The position numbers were made by a program, and so were the translations under genes. Positions 12,156-22,748 of a stretch of DNA of 64,000 nt are shown piece by piece (positions within the stretch are counted from its first letter, which is position 1; the number at the start of each line of letters is the position of its first letter). Under the pieces are notes generated by a model. It was given only the letters and a program-made list of their open reading frames with translations. It made no database searches and had not been told where the DNA came from. Origin of the DNA: Epithemia pelagica (taxonomy: Eukaryota; Protista; Bacillariophyta); contig OX337236.1 in NCBI GenBank assembly GCA_946965045.2, forward strand, positions 2,356,001 through 2,420,000, read 5' to 3'.

Positions 12156-13115
12156 ATGATTGCACCAGGTCCAGCTTCCAGTTTGCACTTGACCAGATCC
12201 GTATTTGTGAGAAGGTCACAGTGCTGGTCGTCTTCTTTGTCACACGCTGTTGTTCGTCGTGCTTCTCGGTGCCAGAATCCCTACACCTGGGAGAACAATG
12301 GCCGTCGATTGTTTGCCACGACAACCTCCACTTCCACTTATCAAAGTGCACACCCCGAAAAGTCATGGTGGATTCGTTTCATGGAATGGTATTCTCATCA
12401 GCTGGATGTCAATCCCATCCCAACCAAATGCATTACGTGTGGTTTGATTGCCGGAACCGGAGACTTTATGTGTCAATCACTCACGGCACCATCCGACAGA
12501 GACAGCGAGATCGTGCATGACAGGAGGATTATCACGGAATCACCACTTTCATTGTTCTCCTGGTGGGATCCTCTTCGAACGGCGCGCTTTGTGTGTGTCG
12601 GTATCGTCTACGTTGGACCAACCATTCATGTTTGGTTCAACTGGCTGGCCCGAACCTTTCCTGGTTCCCATCCCACCCAAGTCGCGAAACGGGTTGTGAT
12701 TGACCAAGCCCTTTTTTCGCCCGTATTCATGGCAGTATGGTTGCCGGTTATGTGGACCTTGGAATCCCTTTCAGAATCCATTCAGGGCAAAAGAACAGCT
12801 CCTGCCTCATCTCCCATTTCCATCTCGTTGTTTGCCAAACGCTTGCAACAAGAATTATTTCCCGTCGTTGTCGCTAATTGGATACTGTGGATTCCAGCTC
12901 AGGCCATCAATTTTCGCTTTATACCCATCAAATTTCAAGTTTTGTTTAGCAATGTTGTGGCTCTACTGTGGAATGCCTATTTGAGCTTTTACAATTCATC
13001 GTCGCAACAAGAAGCAAAAGATGACACGACTAATGATCAGGACATACGCACGACACAAGATCTGACAACAGGTGACTCTCGTCCCCTTATGGTTCGCAAC
13101 GAAGCTGCCACATGA
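12156..13115 (+). CDS. Mpv17/PMP22 family membrane protein
   Basis: Family motifs WYSHQL..NPIPTKCITCGLIAGTGDFMCQ, RTARF, KRVVIDQALFSP, ANWILWIPAQAINFRFIP..FQVLFSNVVALLWNAYLS. Arg/Ser-rich transit-like N-terminus. Confidence 0.92.
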   Translation: MIAPGPASSLHLTRSVFVRRSQCWSSSLSHAVVRRASRCQNPYTWENNGRRLFATTTSTSTYQSAHPEKSWWIRFMEWYSHQLDVNPIPTKCITCGLIAGTGDFMCQSLTAPSDRDSEIVHDRRIITESPLSLFSWWDPLRTARFVCVGIVYVGPTIHVWFNWLARTFPGSHPTQVAKRVVIDQALFSPVFMAVWLPVMWTLESLSESIQGKRTAPASSPISISLFAKRLQQELFPVVVANWILWIPAQAINFRFIPIKFQVLFSNVVALLWNAYLSFYNSSSQQEAKDDTTNDQDIRTTQDLTTGDSRPLMVRNEAAT

Positions 13116-13540
13116 CTTGGAATTAAGCTACCATACAACTTTATGACGATGTTGATTGGTCTAGGACAAGTAGGGAGGAAGAAGGCTTTGGGCCAAGTCG
13201 CATGGCATGCTATAGATGCTTCCTCTACTAGGAGTACCATTTGCAGGGGTCGCTAGGTTTGGCCATCTCTGCCTCCTACTAGCTAGGTAGCTAGGAGGAC
13301 TCTTCATCGGGGGGGATCAAATAACTGAACGAAGGGGGCATGGGAAATGCTTCTCCATATTGTCATATTTTATTGTCAGATACTCGTATCCAATGTCCAA
13401 TTCGTTCATATTCATGCGAGAAACAAAACGCCGAATCCATTCCATCGGATTTCACCTTCAACTGGGGCATGTCATCCGACATCCGAGTACGAGTTACTCG
13501 TTCCCTACCGAGTTAAATATTTGGGAGTTCGGATAAGGAG

Positions 13541-14461
13541 TAGAGCTGGGTCAAGCAACAGCTTTTTTCTGCTGGAGAACTCAAGCGCTTGAGCGCTTGA
13601 GCTAGGACCAAATTCAAGCGCTCAAGCGCTCAAGCGGCAGCGAACAGGGCTAACACGGGAAACTATGGCAATAGACTCATTGCAATACCTCTAGTGAAAT
13701 GGTAACTACTCTTATTATGTAACTGATATGCAATGGAAACTCTGTTAGAAGATACTTCCCCAGTTCTCACGCAAAAATGGAGATCAGAAACTGTTGAAGG
13801 ATCAAAGTATGATTGTTTTGGCGTGATTATCAGACCAGCAATACTGAATGCCCGTTCAGAGGAGGCTGCTGTTGCCGGCATGGCAAGATACTTAAGAGCA
13901 AGTCACCAAATATTGGGAAACTCACTTGCCTTTCCTTTCCACCAAGAGAGCAAAGGATCTTGTGCAACTTTCGTCCCAGCCTTGTTCACGTAGTACATTT
14001 TAAGTCCTGCCGTTGTACGGAACTTGTCAATTTCAAGACGGCAGATGGTAGCATAGGATACCCCTCCACTATAAATCTTCCTGGAGTCTCCATTGTCATC
14101 CTCTTCGTCATCCATCATTTCTCCCAGCGTGTCACTGACTTCAAACTCCACTTCTGTCCTTGCCCTCTTGGTTGGAGAAGGAACTTCCTGCTATTAGTTC
14201 CTCTTCGGACACTTGCTCATCATTATCATCATCTGGATGGTATGATGACTCATTCTCATCATCACTGGAGTTCTCGGGCATTTTGGAAAGGTGTGAAGGG
14301 CAGATGAATGAGGGTTTTTGCTACGTTTAGGGACTTTCCGGTAGTCCGGGTGCTTGAGCGCTTGAGCTCTCAAGCAACACCCTTTCTGCGCTGGAGCTCC
14401 TCAAGCGCTTGAGAGGTCAAGCGCTTGAGCGCTTGAGCGCTTGACGCTTGACCCAGCTCTA
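13541..14461 (-). mobile_element. Non-autonomous hAT transposon (921 bp deletion derivative)
   Basis: Perfect 16-bp TIR TAGAGCTGGGTCAAGC. 8-bp TSD ATAAGGAG at 13533-13540 and 14462-14469. Subterminal (CAAGCGCT/GCGCTTGA)n repeats. Minus-strand hAT dimerisation-domain remnant DPLLSWWK...FPNIW*LALKYLAMPATAASSERAFSIAG. Confidence 0.95.
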
Positions 14462-15047
14462 ATAAGGAGTATTATTTTTCAACCATCAGTACACTATTTA
14501 AATTCGTATTCTTGTGAACTTGTACGTATCAGCCTCGCTAAGGCCCGGCCGGTGGCCGCTTTTTAGAAAGTCGGCAGGTCCACGGTCCACCGGAAACTTT
14601 TTGCGCGTAGTAATACTTAGCAATACCTCTACTATTTTCTCCACACAAAAATCGGAAAGGGAAACAATCATTGGTAGGAGCCGTTTATGGCCCGTTGTTG
14701 CCGTGGTAGTTCGGATAAAGCCCATAGATTCCCCAAACTGCCGATTGTATGTGGGCAACTACGCAATCTACACTACTATTCGAGTAGTTTTCTATACGGT
14801 TAGATCCGTTGGGTGCATGTCACATGTGGCTCGCTGTTCTCTTCATTCCAGATTGCCAATTCCCAACGAAACGTCGTTGCCGGAGTTGAGTTCACCATCA
14901 ACCCACCTGACACTTGATCGTCTCTGCATTGATCACCCACATACAGATTCAGCAAGCTCACTGGTTGGTTCTCTTCTTATTACACCCGTTCGACTTGCAC
15001 ATATTCTCCCTTTCGAGATCCTCAATCATAATCCGTGAACCACCGAA

Positions 15048-16004
15048 ATGACTATGGAAACCAACCTTTCGTCTAACGACGAGAAGAAGCTTCAGCCCAA
15101 CCTACTCTCATCCACCTCAGAGACCAGCACGCTTTGTAGCAAAACGGAAGAGGAGGACACCACAACGACTACTACAGACGTGGACTATGGCTATGGAGAT
15201 ACCACGACGGACTATGAAGCGGAATACAACCATGCCTCCAGTCATCAAACTCGCAAACGCAAACAACAACCGGAACAAGACGAAGAATCGACCGTCCCTC
15301 CTCCTCGTCGTCGCCATCGTGCTGTACGACGCAATTCGTTCTTGATTCGCAACAAGAACAAATTGGCGGCCATGGCAGAATTTCTGACCATGGGTGCTCC
15401 ACCTCGATCGGATCGAGACATGGAAGCGATGGAGCAACATCCAGAAAAGGAGTTACGGCGACAATCACCTCCTCTCTTGGCGCAAGAAAAAGTATCCTTG
15501 CCTCTTGAGGGTACCATGCGTCCTACCCATGAGCAGCAAGAGCTTTTGCATTGTCAGGTTACATCTACAGCGTCATTGTCACAGACCACCAACGTGCTGG
15601 CCGCTGGTACGAATCCATCCTCCATGCGGTTGACCGATTTGTTACGACCACGAGCCACATCCAGTGGCACATTGCTTCACAACAGCAACAATAACCTGGC
15701 GTTGCCCTATCGAGCGCAGTCTCTTGCCCCCTCCAACACTTTTATGGTGACACCAAACCACTGGAAAACAAATAGTGCGTCTTCCATTCAAAGTAACCAC
15801 AAGAAGAACGGTGATCATCCGGCCCTCCATGATCCAGTGATGGCGGACTTGGCCAAGCTGATTCTTTCGCAAGGTTCTGCTGCAGCGGCAGCTTCCATGG
15901 TTCTGGAAGGAGGCGATACGGCCGACACGGACAAGCGACACCTGGAAAAGCGCGTTCCACCTGCGGGTGCATGGCCAGTATCATCCAGACCCGAACGACG
16001 ATGA
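15048..16004 (+). CDS. Hypothetical low-complexity protein
   Basis: 318-aa open frame, mostly disordered, with a basic RRRHRAVRRNSF motif. No recognised domain. Confidence 0.6.
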   Translation: MTMETNLSSNDEKKLQPNLLSSTSETSTLCSKTEEEDTTTTTTDVDYGYGDTTTDYEAEYNHASSHQTRKRKQQPEQDEESTVPPPRRRHRAVRRNSFLIRNKNKLAAMAEFLTMGAPPRSDRDMEAMEQHPEKELRRQSPPLLAQEKVSLPLEGTMRPTHEQQELLHCQVTSTASLSQTTNVLAAGTNPSSMRLTDLLRPRATSSGTLLHNSNNNLALPYRAQSLAPSNTFMVTPNHWKTNSASSIQSNHKKNGDHPALHDPVMADLAKLILSQGSAAAAASMVLEGGDTADTDKRHLEKRVPPAGAWPVSSRPERR

Positions 16005-16676
16005 TCTCTTTTCCTTCTAACGAGCCAGAACTGAACGATGCATGCACTGTTATCGCTCGACCATGGTGCTGCAATTTTTTATTTTTCCGATTCATCGTGG
16101 AGAGGATTGTTCCTATAATTGGACGGTTTACCAGAAGACAATGCAAGTTAGACGTACACCAGGAGCGTCCTCCCATGGTTCATGACTTCGTAGAAAATCA
16201 ATACGCAATAAAACTACTACTATATGCAAAATAAATTATAGATAGTCAATCACTAATCAAAGTTTTGTCTTGGATCCACCAACTTCAGAGATTGTTAGTT
16301 GTTACAAAGTGGTGGCATTCGTCTCATGGCCAGTTGGACTTATTCTCCAAGGACGAGCCATCATTCCCTGATCACTCGAACAGATGAGGTTTTTCTGCAA
16401 ATCTGAGATGGGGTTCCACACACAACCCAATGGAATGTCTCTCCCCAGACAGTTGCATGTGAGTTGGTCTTGCATAGAATGCCCAACAAACAAACGTCTT
16501 CTTGCAGTGATGATGGTTGCTTCGAGGGCCTGACAATGACACACTTTTTTGGCAATGACAACAATGACAATTGTATGTGTGTCAAGATTCATCTGATGTC
16601 ATTTTTTTTCAAATCAAGAGAGCATCGAGAATAAAGATGGCGGCGCTTTGTTGCGAGAAACAAACGCACATACAAC

Positions 16677-16977
16677 TAGGGCTATCAAACTTAGGTACTC
16701 AGATTTTTAGCGTAGTTTCTAAAGAAGTTTAGGTGAAACTTAGGTTTTGAAGTTTAGGTAGTTTAGGTAGCTCTGAAAAATGGCTCCTTCCCTCAACTAC
16801 ACGGAAGATCACTGGACGTTGACACCAACATTCACAGACAGGGATTCAATATATAGGCTAAATATTTAAAGGACCACCCGAAACTTCGGCAGGGCAAAAG
16901 CAGCGACATGAAACTTTGGATAAACTTAGGTACCGATGTTAAGGACAAGAAACTTCGACGATGAAACTTGATACCTA
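16677..16977. mobile_element. MITE-like element (301 bp)
   Basis: Flanked by the direct repeat CACATACAAC (16667-16676 and 16978-16987). Imperfect TIR (TAGGGCTATCAA vs reverse complement TAGGTATCAA). Many internal AAACTT/AAGTTT(AGG) motifs in both orientations. Confidence 0.6.
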
Positions 16978-17509
16978 CACATACAACATACATCTCATTC
17001 AAAAAGACATCATGACTACGGCCCTTTAGATTGTTTGTTATTTTTTTCGAAATGGGAGATGGGAGATGCCTCGAAGAAAGAAGGAAACCCTCCAATTTGC
17101 CCAGCGACCAGCAGACCGGCAGCGACCGGCGACCACGGTCAGTCAGTGCGTCCGATTAAGGCGAATACCGAATACCGAATGGACTGTTTTGTATTAAAAT
17201 TTATACTCGTAGTGGTTGTTTTATTTTTTAACGAGGCAATTCGCAATTCATCGGAGTCGAAGCCAAGAACGGGAACTCTCCGATTGTGGCCGATCAATAA
17301 TTAATTTTCCGGCTTGATGCTCGACTGGGGTGGGGGGCTATGGGCATGGGCGATGGGCCCTTCTGCTCATATTGTTACCTTATTCAGAGAGTGCAGGTTG
17401 CAGATACTCGTATTGGCAGTTGGTACTCCTATTTGGTATGGACTTGTGACCCCCTACTAACCGCAAAGCGTATGGGGTACGAGTATGGGTATGGGACGGG
17501 ACTACACTT

Positions 17510-18030
17510 TACACCCCAGCCCATGATATGAATTACAACGCATCTTTCCTTCAGAATTCCTTAGCGACAGACCCGCCAAGCATGCAGCGACACTTTTGCA
17601 TGATGCCACTAGCTACTAGGCTACCTAGGAGATACTCCTACCACAAGAAGACAAGACAACAGGAAGAACACACGACGATAGAACTGTGCAAGAAAGACAA
17701 ACCAAAACAACAAACGAAGAACCTCTTTGAGCAGCATTTCTCTACGACAGATTAAGGTAGAAGCAGAGAGATCTATAGATAGAGAACGGAGAGCAATTGA
17801 ACGACTGAACTTTCTGTATCCACCAAAAATTTCGGTTGGACCTAGAAATTGATCGATCCGTCGAACCCGAACCGACCGGAATGCTAATGTCGATGCTAGA
17901 AATCACGCAATCTTGCCTGTGGCTGCTGGCTTTCCGAGACGATGGAGGCAAGACGGCGGTACCAATTGGTCCTCGTACCTTTTGTGCCATTTGCCATTCA
18001 CCTCTATGAGAAGAATAACGAGCAATCCTA
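17510..18030 (+). pseudogene. Deletion-riddled copy of the promoter and 5' coding fragments of the gene at 22749
   Basis: Aligns by eye to ~22215-22305, ~22520-22797, ~23165-23208 and ~23253-23298. Examples are the shared GCAATTGAACGACTGAACTTT, ATGCTAATGTCGA and AAGACGGCGGTACCAATTGGTCCTCGTAC. Confidence 0.85.
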
Positions 18031-18055
18031 GTTTTTAACATCAGTGTGCTTCTTG

Positions 18056-19005
18056 CTAGATGAGAGATAGACCATGTAACTTCTCATAGGAAGAAGCTCC
18101 TTTTCTTACTGCAATCACATCATCCCCCTGACACTTGAACGGTCCAGATGCATCTCCTGGATTTGCACGCTTACAGTCCCTTGTACTGTAGCCGTTTTGC
18201 TCCAACCTGGTAAGAATGGCTTGCAACTCACTTGGGAAGAATGCCGCTACAATCTTTTGCTCAAACACAATGACCCCCGGAAGAAATCCTGGAACATCCA
18301 GCGCCTCGGATAGAATTTTTGCATCAAAGCCCTCGACATCAATGGCCAAAACATCCACAGCCTCTGGGCCAACAAGGCCGTATTTTGAGACAACCCTGGC
18401 AAATGAGAGACATTCAATCTTCTTTTCGGCAATGTATTTTTCGGGTGATTCTTTCCTTTTTTCTTATTGAGAAAGAGTTGAACACCGCCTGTAATGCTGT
18501 CTTTCTCCAAGCTTGATAGCTGGTACTTGAGCCAGTGCGGGGGTCTCTTGAAATCTTTGTCTATGGCTTCATGGTCAACGACAAAAAATGTTTTGGTTTC
18601 GCTCTCTGGACAAATGAGAGCGTTTACTGGCGTGATTCTTGACGAGCCTTTATAAGTTGTTTGTACAGTCTCCAGCAGTTTCGGATAGATTTGTGGGTTT
18701 GCTTCAACCAAAATGGCATGAGTGTCGTTGTGGGCCAAAATTTTTCGCACTGTATGGTCATTTCCTTTCAAACTTCCATCGTTTGCCCCAATCTGAATGA
18801 GATGAATCGTCTCTTCTGTAGAAGTGTCTTTAGTGCTCATCATCAATCGTTCCAGGTTATTAACTGTCTCATTCTCCAGAGAAAAAGAGGCTTGGAGAAT
18901 TAGTAGAGCGGCGCCGACTCCTAAAACCTCAAGAACGATACAAATAGTCCTGGTCAATTTGAAACGAGGCGAACCTGATGTAGACTTCTTTTTAAAAAGC
19001 TGCAT
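18056..19005 (-). CDS. FkbM-like SAM-dependent methyltransferase with N-terminal TM anchor; one frameshift in an A6 run (~18460)
   Basis: Motifs LIQIGANDG, AILVEANP, DVLAIDVEGFDAKIL, IVFE. Restoring one A in AATAAGAAAAAAGG joins the two ORFs (NKKKRKESPEKYIAEKKIECLSF...). Confidence 0.8.
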
Positions 19006-19323
19006 AATACGGGAGCCAGCTTGCAAAGGACCTTTCTTCTGATCAGTGTGGGGCAAGTAATCGGTTTGTGGTGAATATTGTGAGAGAATCAGGCCATTTA
19101 CCATATTGCAAACATCACACCCATTTTTTGTAGTCAACGGTCCTTGGCATTAGTACCTATAACCGCGCTTTTTCCAAACGGTTCCCCCCAAGACCCCCAA
19201 AGCGTCTGACTTTTAATCCGAAAGCAACTATACTAATATATTTTATACGCGTCTGCCGCACTTCCTTCAACACTTTTTCAATTATTTGAAACTACACTTA
19301 CCCCCAAGCGCCGGGTGAGCTGT

Positions 19324-19489
19324 GAATCCCGCCTGAGTCGGAGAAAATGTGACTACGTATTCTCACTTATTCAACTTAAAGTGCGACTGAACGGGTCGCC
19401 CCTGATCGGGAGTAGCTGGCCTTCGATTCAATTATATTAGAGTTGTTGCATGAGGAGAGTGGAACTTTCTCCCGACTTAGGCGGGACTC
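19324..19489. repeat. Imperfect inverted repeat pair (~25 bp arms), possible small MITE
   Basis: GAATCCCGCCTGAGTCGGAGAAAAT (19324-19348) vs reverse complement of 19464-19489, GAGTCCCGCCTAAGTCGGGAGAAAGT. No clear TSD. Confidence 0.45.
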
Positions 19490-19754
19490 ATCCTTGCTGG
19501 GGTGTATTATCAGAGCAGATCATGCTGCATGACAAGGCCTCTCACTTCTCAGCGCAAATTGCAAACATGCAACCAAGTGAACAAGTGAAAGTGGAGCACC
19601 CTCCGGCAGTACCCAAAGGCCAGAAGCTGAAGGCGGTTCAAAATTGTCTTCAACTTCGACGGGTGGGTCATCAAAGCGGGAGACCAAAACAAGCTAACCG
19701 ATCACCGAAGACAGCAATCGATATGAGTAAAAAAAGTACGAGAATAAAGACCAG

Positions 19755-22075
19755 ATGGTTCTTGATTATTTGAAGCAAAAAGGAATGCACAATGCTGTGG
19801 CCGAACTCATGGATAATATAGCGGCGCAATCCAAAGACTCATCTCAGAAGGTAGATGAGAAGGAATCGCATAGTCCGGGCAAAAAGAATGCCCGAGAGCG
19901 ATTTCTCGAAGAAGCTGAGAAGGCTCGAGTTCAACGAACCTTGCTTACAAAAACCACGGAAGGGGGGTTTGGATACGATCATGATTCTGCATGGCCTGTC
20001 GTCGAATGGGGTATACCGGATACTGAGAAACTGCACCGACGTTTCCACTCGCTTCCACCACCTACGGAACTGCAGCAATGGATTGGTCGATCTTCTGCCG
20101 AACGAGTCGTCCGCCAAGTTGTTTTGCAAAATTTCGAACAAAGATCATCGACAAATCATGCCGATTTCACATTCCTTGTCGCCTCGGGGCATGTCCGGAG
20201 TGGTAAGACTCGCACCGGAATTGAAACACCCCGAATAGTCCAGAATTTTTGCGAGGAGCTCACCAGCAAGAACATTGCTTAGCCAGTCTACCTCCGAATT
20301 GATTTCCTCAATGGTGCCCGATTTAACAGGCAGTTTGACTGCCCTTCTCGGTCAATCAGCGAGGCACTCGGGGCTCGTCTCATTTGTGCCTTTTATGAAG
20401 AGATCGCGTTGCAGGACGGTGTGGCTCATGATTTTGCGCTCAAGCACATTGTGACGCACATCAGAAGTGATTACCTAGATCGTAATTTGATTGTCCCGAT
20501 TGTGATCCACTTTGACGAGTATGGGGCTTTTATTGACGACATGAACAATGTTTGCTCGGATCGCGGTCAACCTGGAAAGGGCTATTTTCGTGGAATGCTC
20601 CAGTTGATAGGATCTGCAGCAACTTCAAATGAAGGATATCTCTCTGCCTAGCACAAAATGGGTGCCTATTTTCTTGTTCCGATTACGACAGGAACCTCTC
20701 TTTCGGCTGCAAATTTTGATAGAGTGAGCCGCTACAAGATTATGCCAGTCCCCCTACCCCTACCTGTATTGACATTCGACGAATCCCTGTTGTTGGCAAG
20801 ATCTTGTTTGGAAGTGAAGGGCCTGGAGCCTGAAGAGATTCGTACCACGTTGAACGACGCCATTTTCCGAATCGCGTTGGGTGACAAGGGTGGGCTTCCG
20901 GGTCTCGTTTTCTTCCTATCGACTGGGAAGCCACCACACCTATCGTACGTGGAGCACCTACACAATCAAACCAATACTTACATTGCCGGAAATTGGAATC
21001 ATCGGTGGAAAGCTATAACGTCAGTCTGCTTTGCACGACCGCACGTGACAAATTCAACTGTCCTCATGACAGAACACAAGCACCCAACTTCAACAAGCGC
21101 CTTCTACGGCACGAGAGATGATTTTCTAGCAATACATCCAAGTTTAAATCCTGACATGGCTGCTATTGCCTACACTGTTCGAGACGCTTTGGATGGAGGG
21201 ACAGACAATGGCGGAGAAGGAATGTTCAACCCAATCCCCTCACTCGAGAAGTATCGTTGGCACAAGAATGGACATGGCAGTATTTTGAGTTGGCCCATTT
21301 GCTCCACCTTGCCGCTATCATGGCCGCTCTTGTGAAGGAAAGGAGACGTTTCGGCAACATCGCACTTCGAACGCTTCTTCGAAGTTCGAGTCCCCGTGCC
21401 TCCCGTATCCTCTCCGAAGCATTGCAGCCACCAGCAAGATTTGATGGCGGCAATCTCACAAGCGACACAACGCAATGCATCCCAAGAAGGTATGCAAAGA
21501 AAGGAAGCCAAATGGAAGTTTCTCTCGACGATTGCAAAACTGTACATCGGGCCATGTATGGGACGCCAATTGTCGACGGCTACCTTAATTTACGTTTTCG
21601 GTCAGCGTTATCATCGGACATTGCCATCAAGACATTGTTTATTCAATACAAGCACAGCGGACTTATGAGTCAATCATCTGCCGTACATATTTCACATATG
21701 AATCAGGAAGTCAACAAGCTGGCTGCCGTCTCAATAAACATGGATGGCCGCAGAGCCGAGGGTGGATCTTTCTGTGGATCACAAACCGGGATGTTGTATG
21801 AGACTCTGTTCCAGATCAACGTCTTCTTTGGTTGGACAAGACCTCGCTCTCTGAACATGCCCCTTTGCTCGGAACTAGAGGCTTGGTTCCCTTGGAAAAG
21901 CTACGGGAGGTGGATGACAACGAATGAAATCAATCGCTTGGAGGTTAAATCGATCTGGTTTTGGTTTGTCCCGCAATGGAAACAGATACAATCGACATTG
22001 ATAGCTTGTCCAAGACGTTTGCGTATGCTTGGAGCGCCATGGAAATATGGCTATAGAATCAAAATGCAGAGATAA
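19755..22075 (+). pseudogene. Crinkler/RHS-type effector-like gene (P-loop NTPase + PD-(D/E)XK nuclease), disrupted
   Basis: Walker A SGHVRSGKTR, Walker B IVIHFDEY, ITTGT, LGDKGGLPG, and nuclease-like C-terminus IVDGYL...LFIQYKHS. In-frame TAG stops at 20280 and 20649, and a frameshift near 21260. LisH-like start (VLDYLKQKGMHNAVAEL). Probable further frameshift upstream in A7 (~19730). Confidence 0.75.
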
Positions 22076-22321
22076 TCACAGAGCAATTCCAATTTGTCTG
22101 GGCTTTGATATTACAGGTGCTTTAGAACGATTCGTTCTCCTGGACAGCTTGTCTAAGCTACCATTCCGTATTGGAGACAAAGTATGGATGTAGGACGTAG
22201 CTTGTTTGACTTGTGTTACACCCAAGCGAGATATGGACGACAAAGGCTCTTCCCTTCAAAATTCCTATGCGAGACACCCGCCAAGGCTCGACAGACATTT
22301 TTGCAAATTGTGGATACACGT

Positions 22322-22496
22322 CCTAGCGGGGGTGGCTAAGAGGGTTTAATAATTATTAAACCCTCAAAACCACCTCCGCTAGGGGGTGAATGTGAATGGT
22401 GCCACTCTGTGACAACCCCCAGCGGGGGTGGTTTCGAGGATGTAGTATCTGTGGCTCAGAGAAATTGCACCCTAAAAGCCACCACCGATGGGGGTT
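22322..22496. repeat. Double-hairpin element built from four alternating-orientation copies of a ~26-bp motif
   Basis: Hairpin 1 (22322-22383) contains the perfect 26-bp palindrome GAGGGTTTAATAATTATTAAACCCTC. Hairpin 2 arms are 22414-22439 and 22470-22496. Motif approximately CCC(C/T)AGCGGGGGTGG...GAGG. Confidence 0.75.
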
Positions 22497-22748
22497 AACT
22501 CTGCGAGTAGATTTTAGATACCACAAAAAAGAAGACGAAAGAAAAAGAACTGCGCAAGAAAGACACAAACCAAAACAACAAACGAAGAACCTCATTGAGC
22601 AGCATTTCTCAAAGACAGATAAAGGTAGAAGCAGAGAGATTTATAGATAGAGAACAGAGAGCAATTGAACGACTGAACTTTCAGTATCCACCAAAAATCT
22701 CGCTCGGACCTAGAAATTGATCGATCCGTCGAACCCGAACCCACCGGA

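Noticed and set aside
16686-16775. TTTAGG/TTAGG runs as interstitial telomere
   Set aside because: The units are not in tandem register. They are better explained as subterminal repeats of the 16677-16977 MITE.
18450-18470. Programmed -1 frameshift in the FkbM gene
   Set aside because: The A6 run is not an in-frame X_XXY_YYZ heptamer (G_AAA_AAA). A one-base homopolymer deletion or assembly error is more likely.
17510-19505. TACACCCCAGC ... GCTGGGGTGTA as TIRs of a Pack element around FkbM
   Set aside because: Only 11 bp match, similar motifs occur nearby (19300, 22217), and nothing else supports these as element ends.
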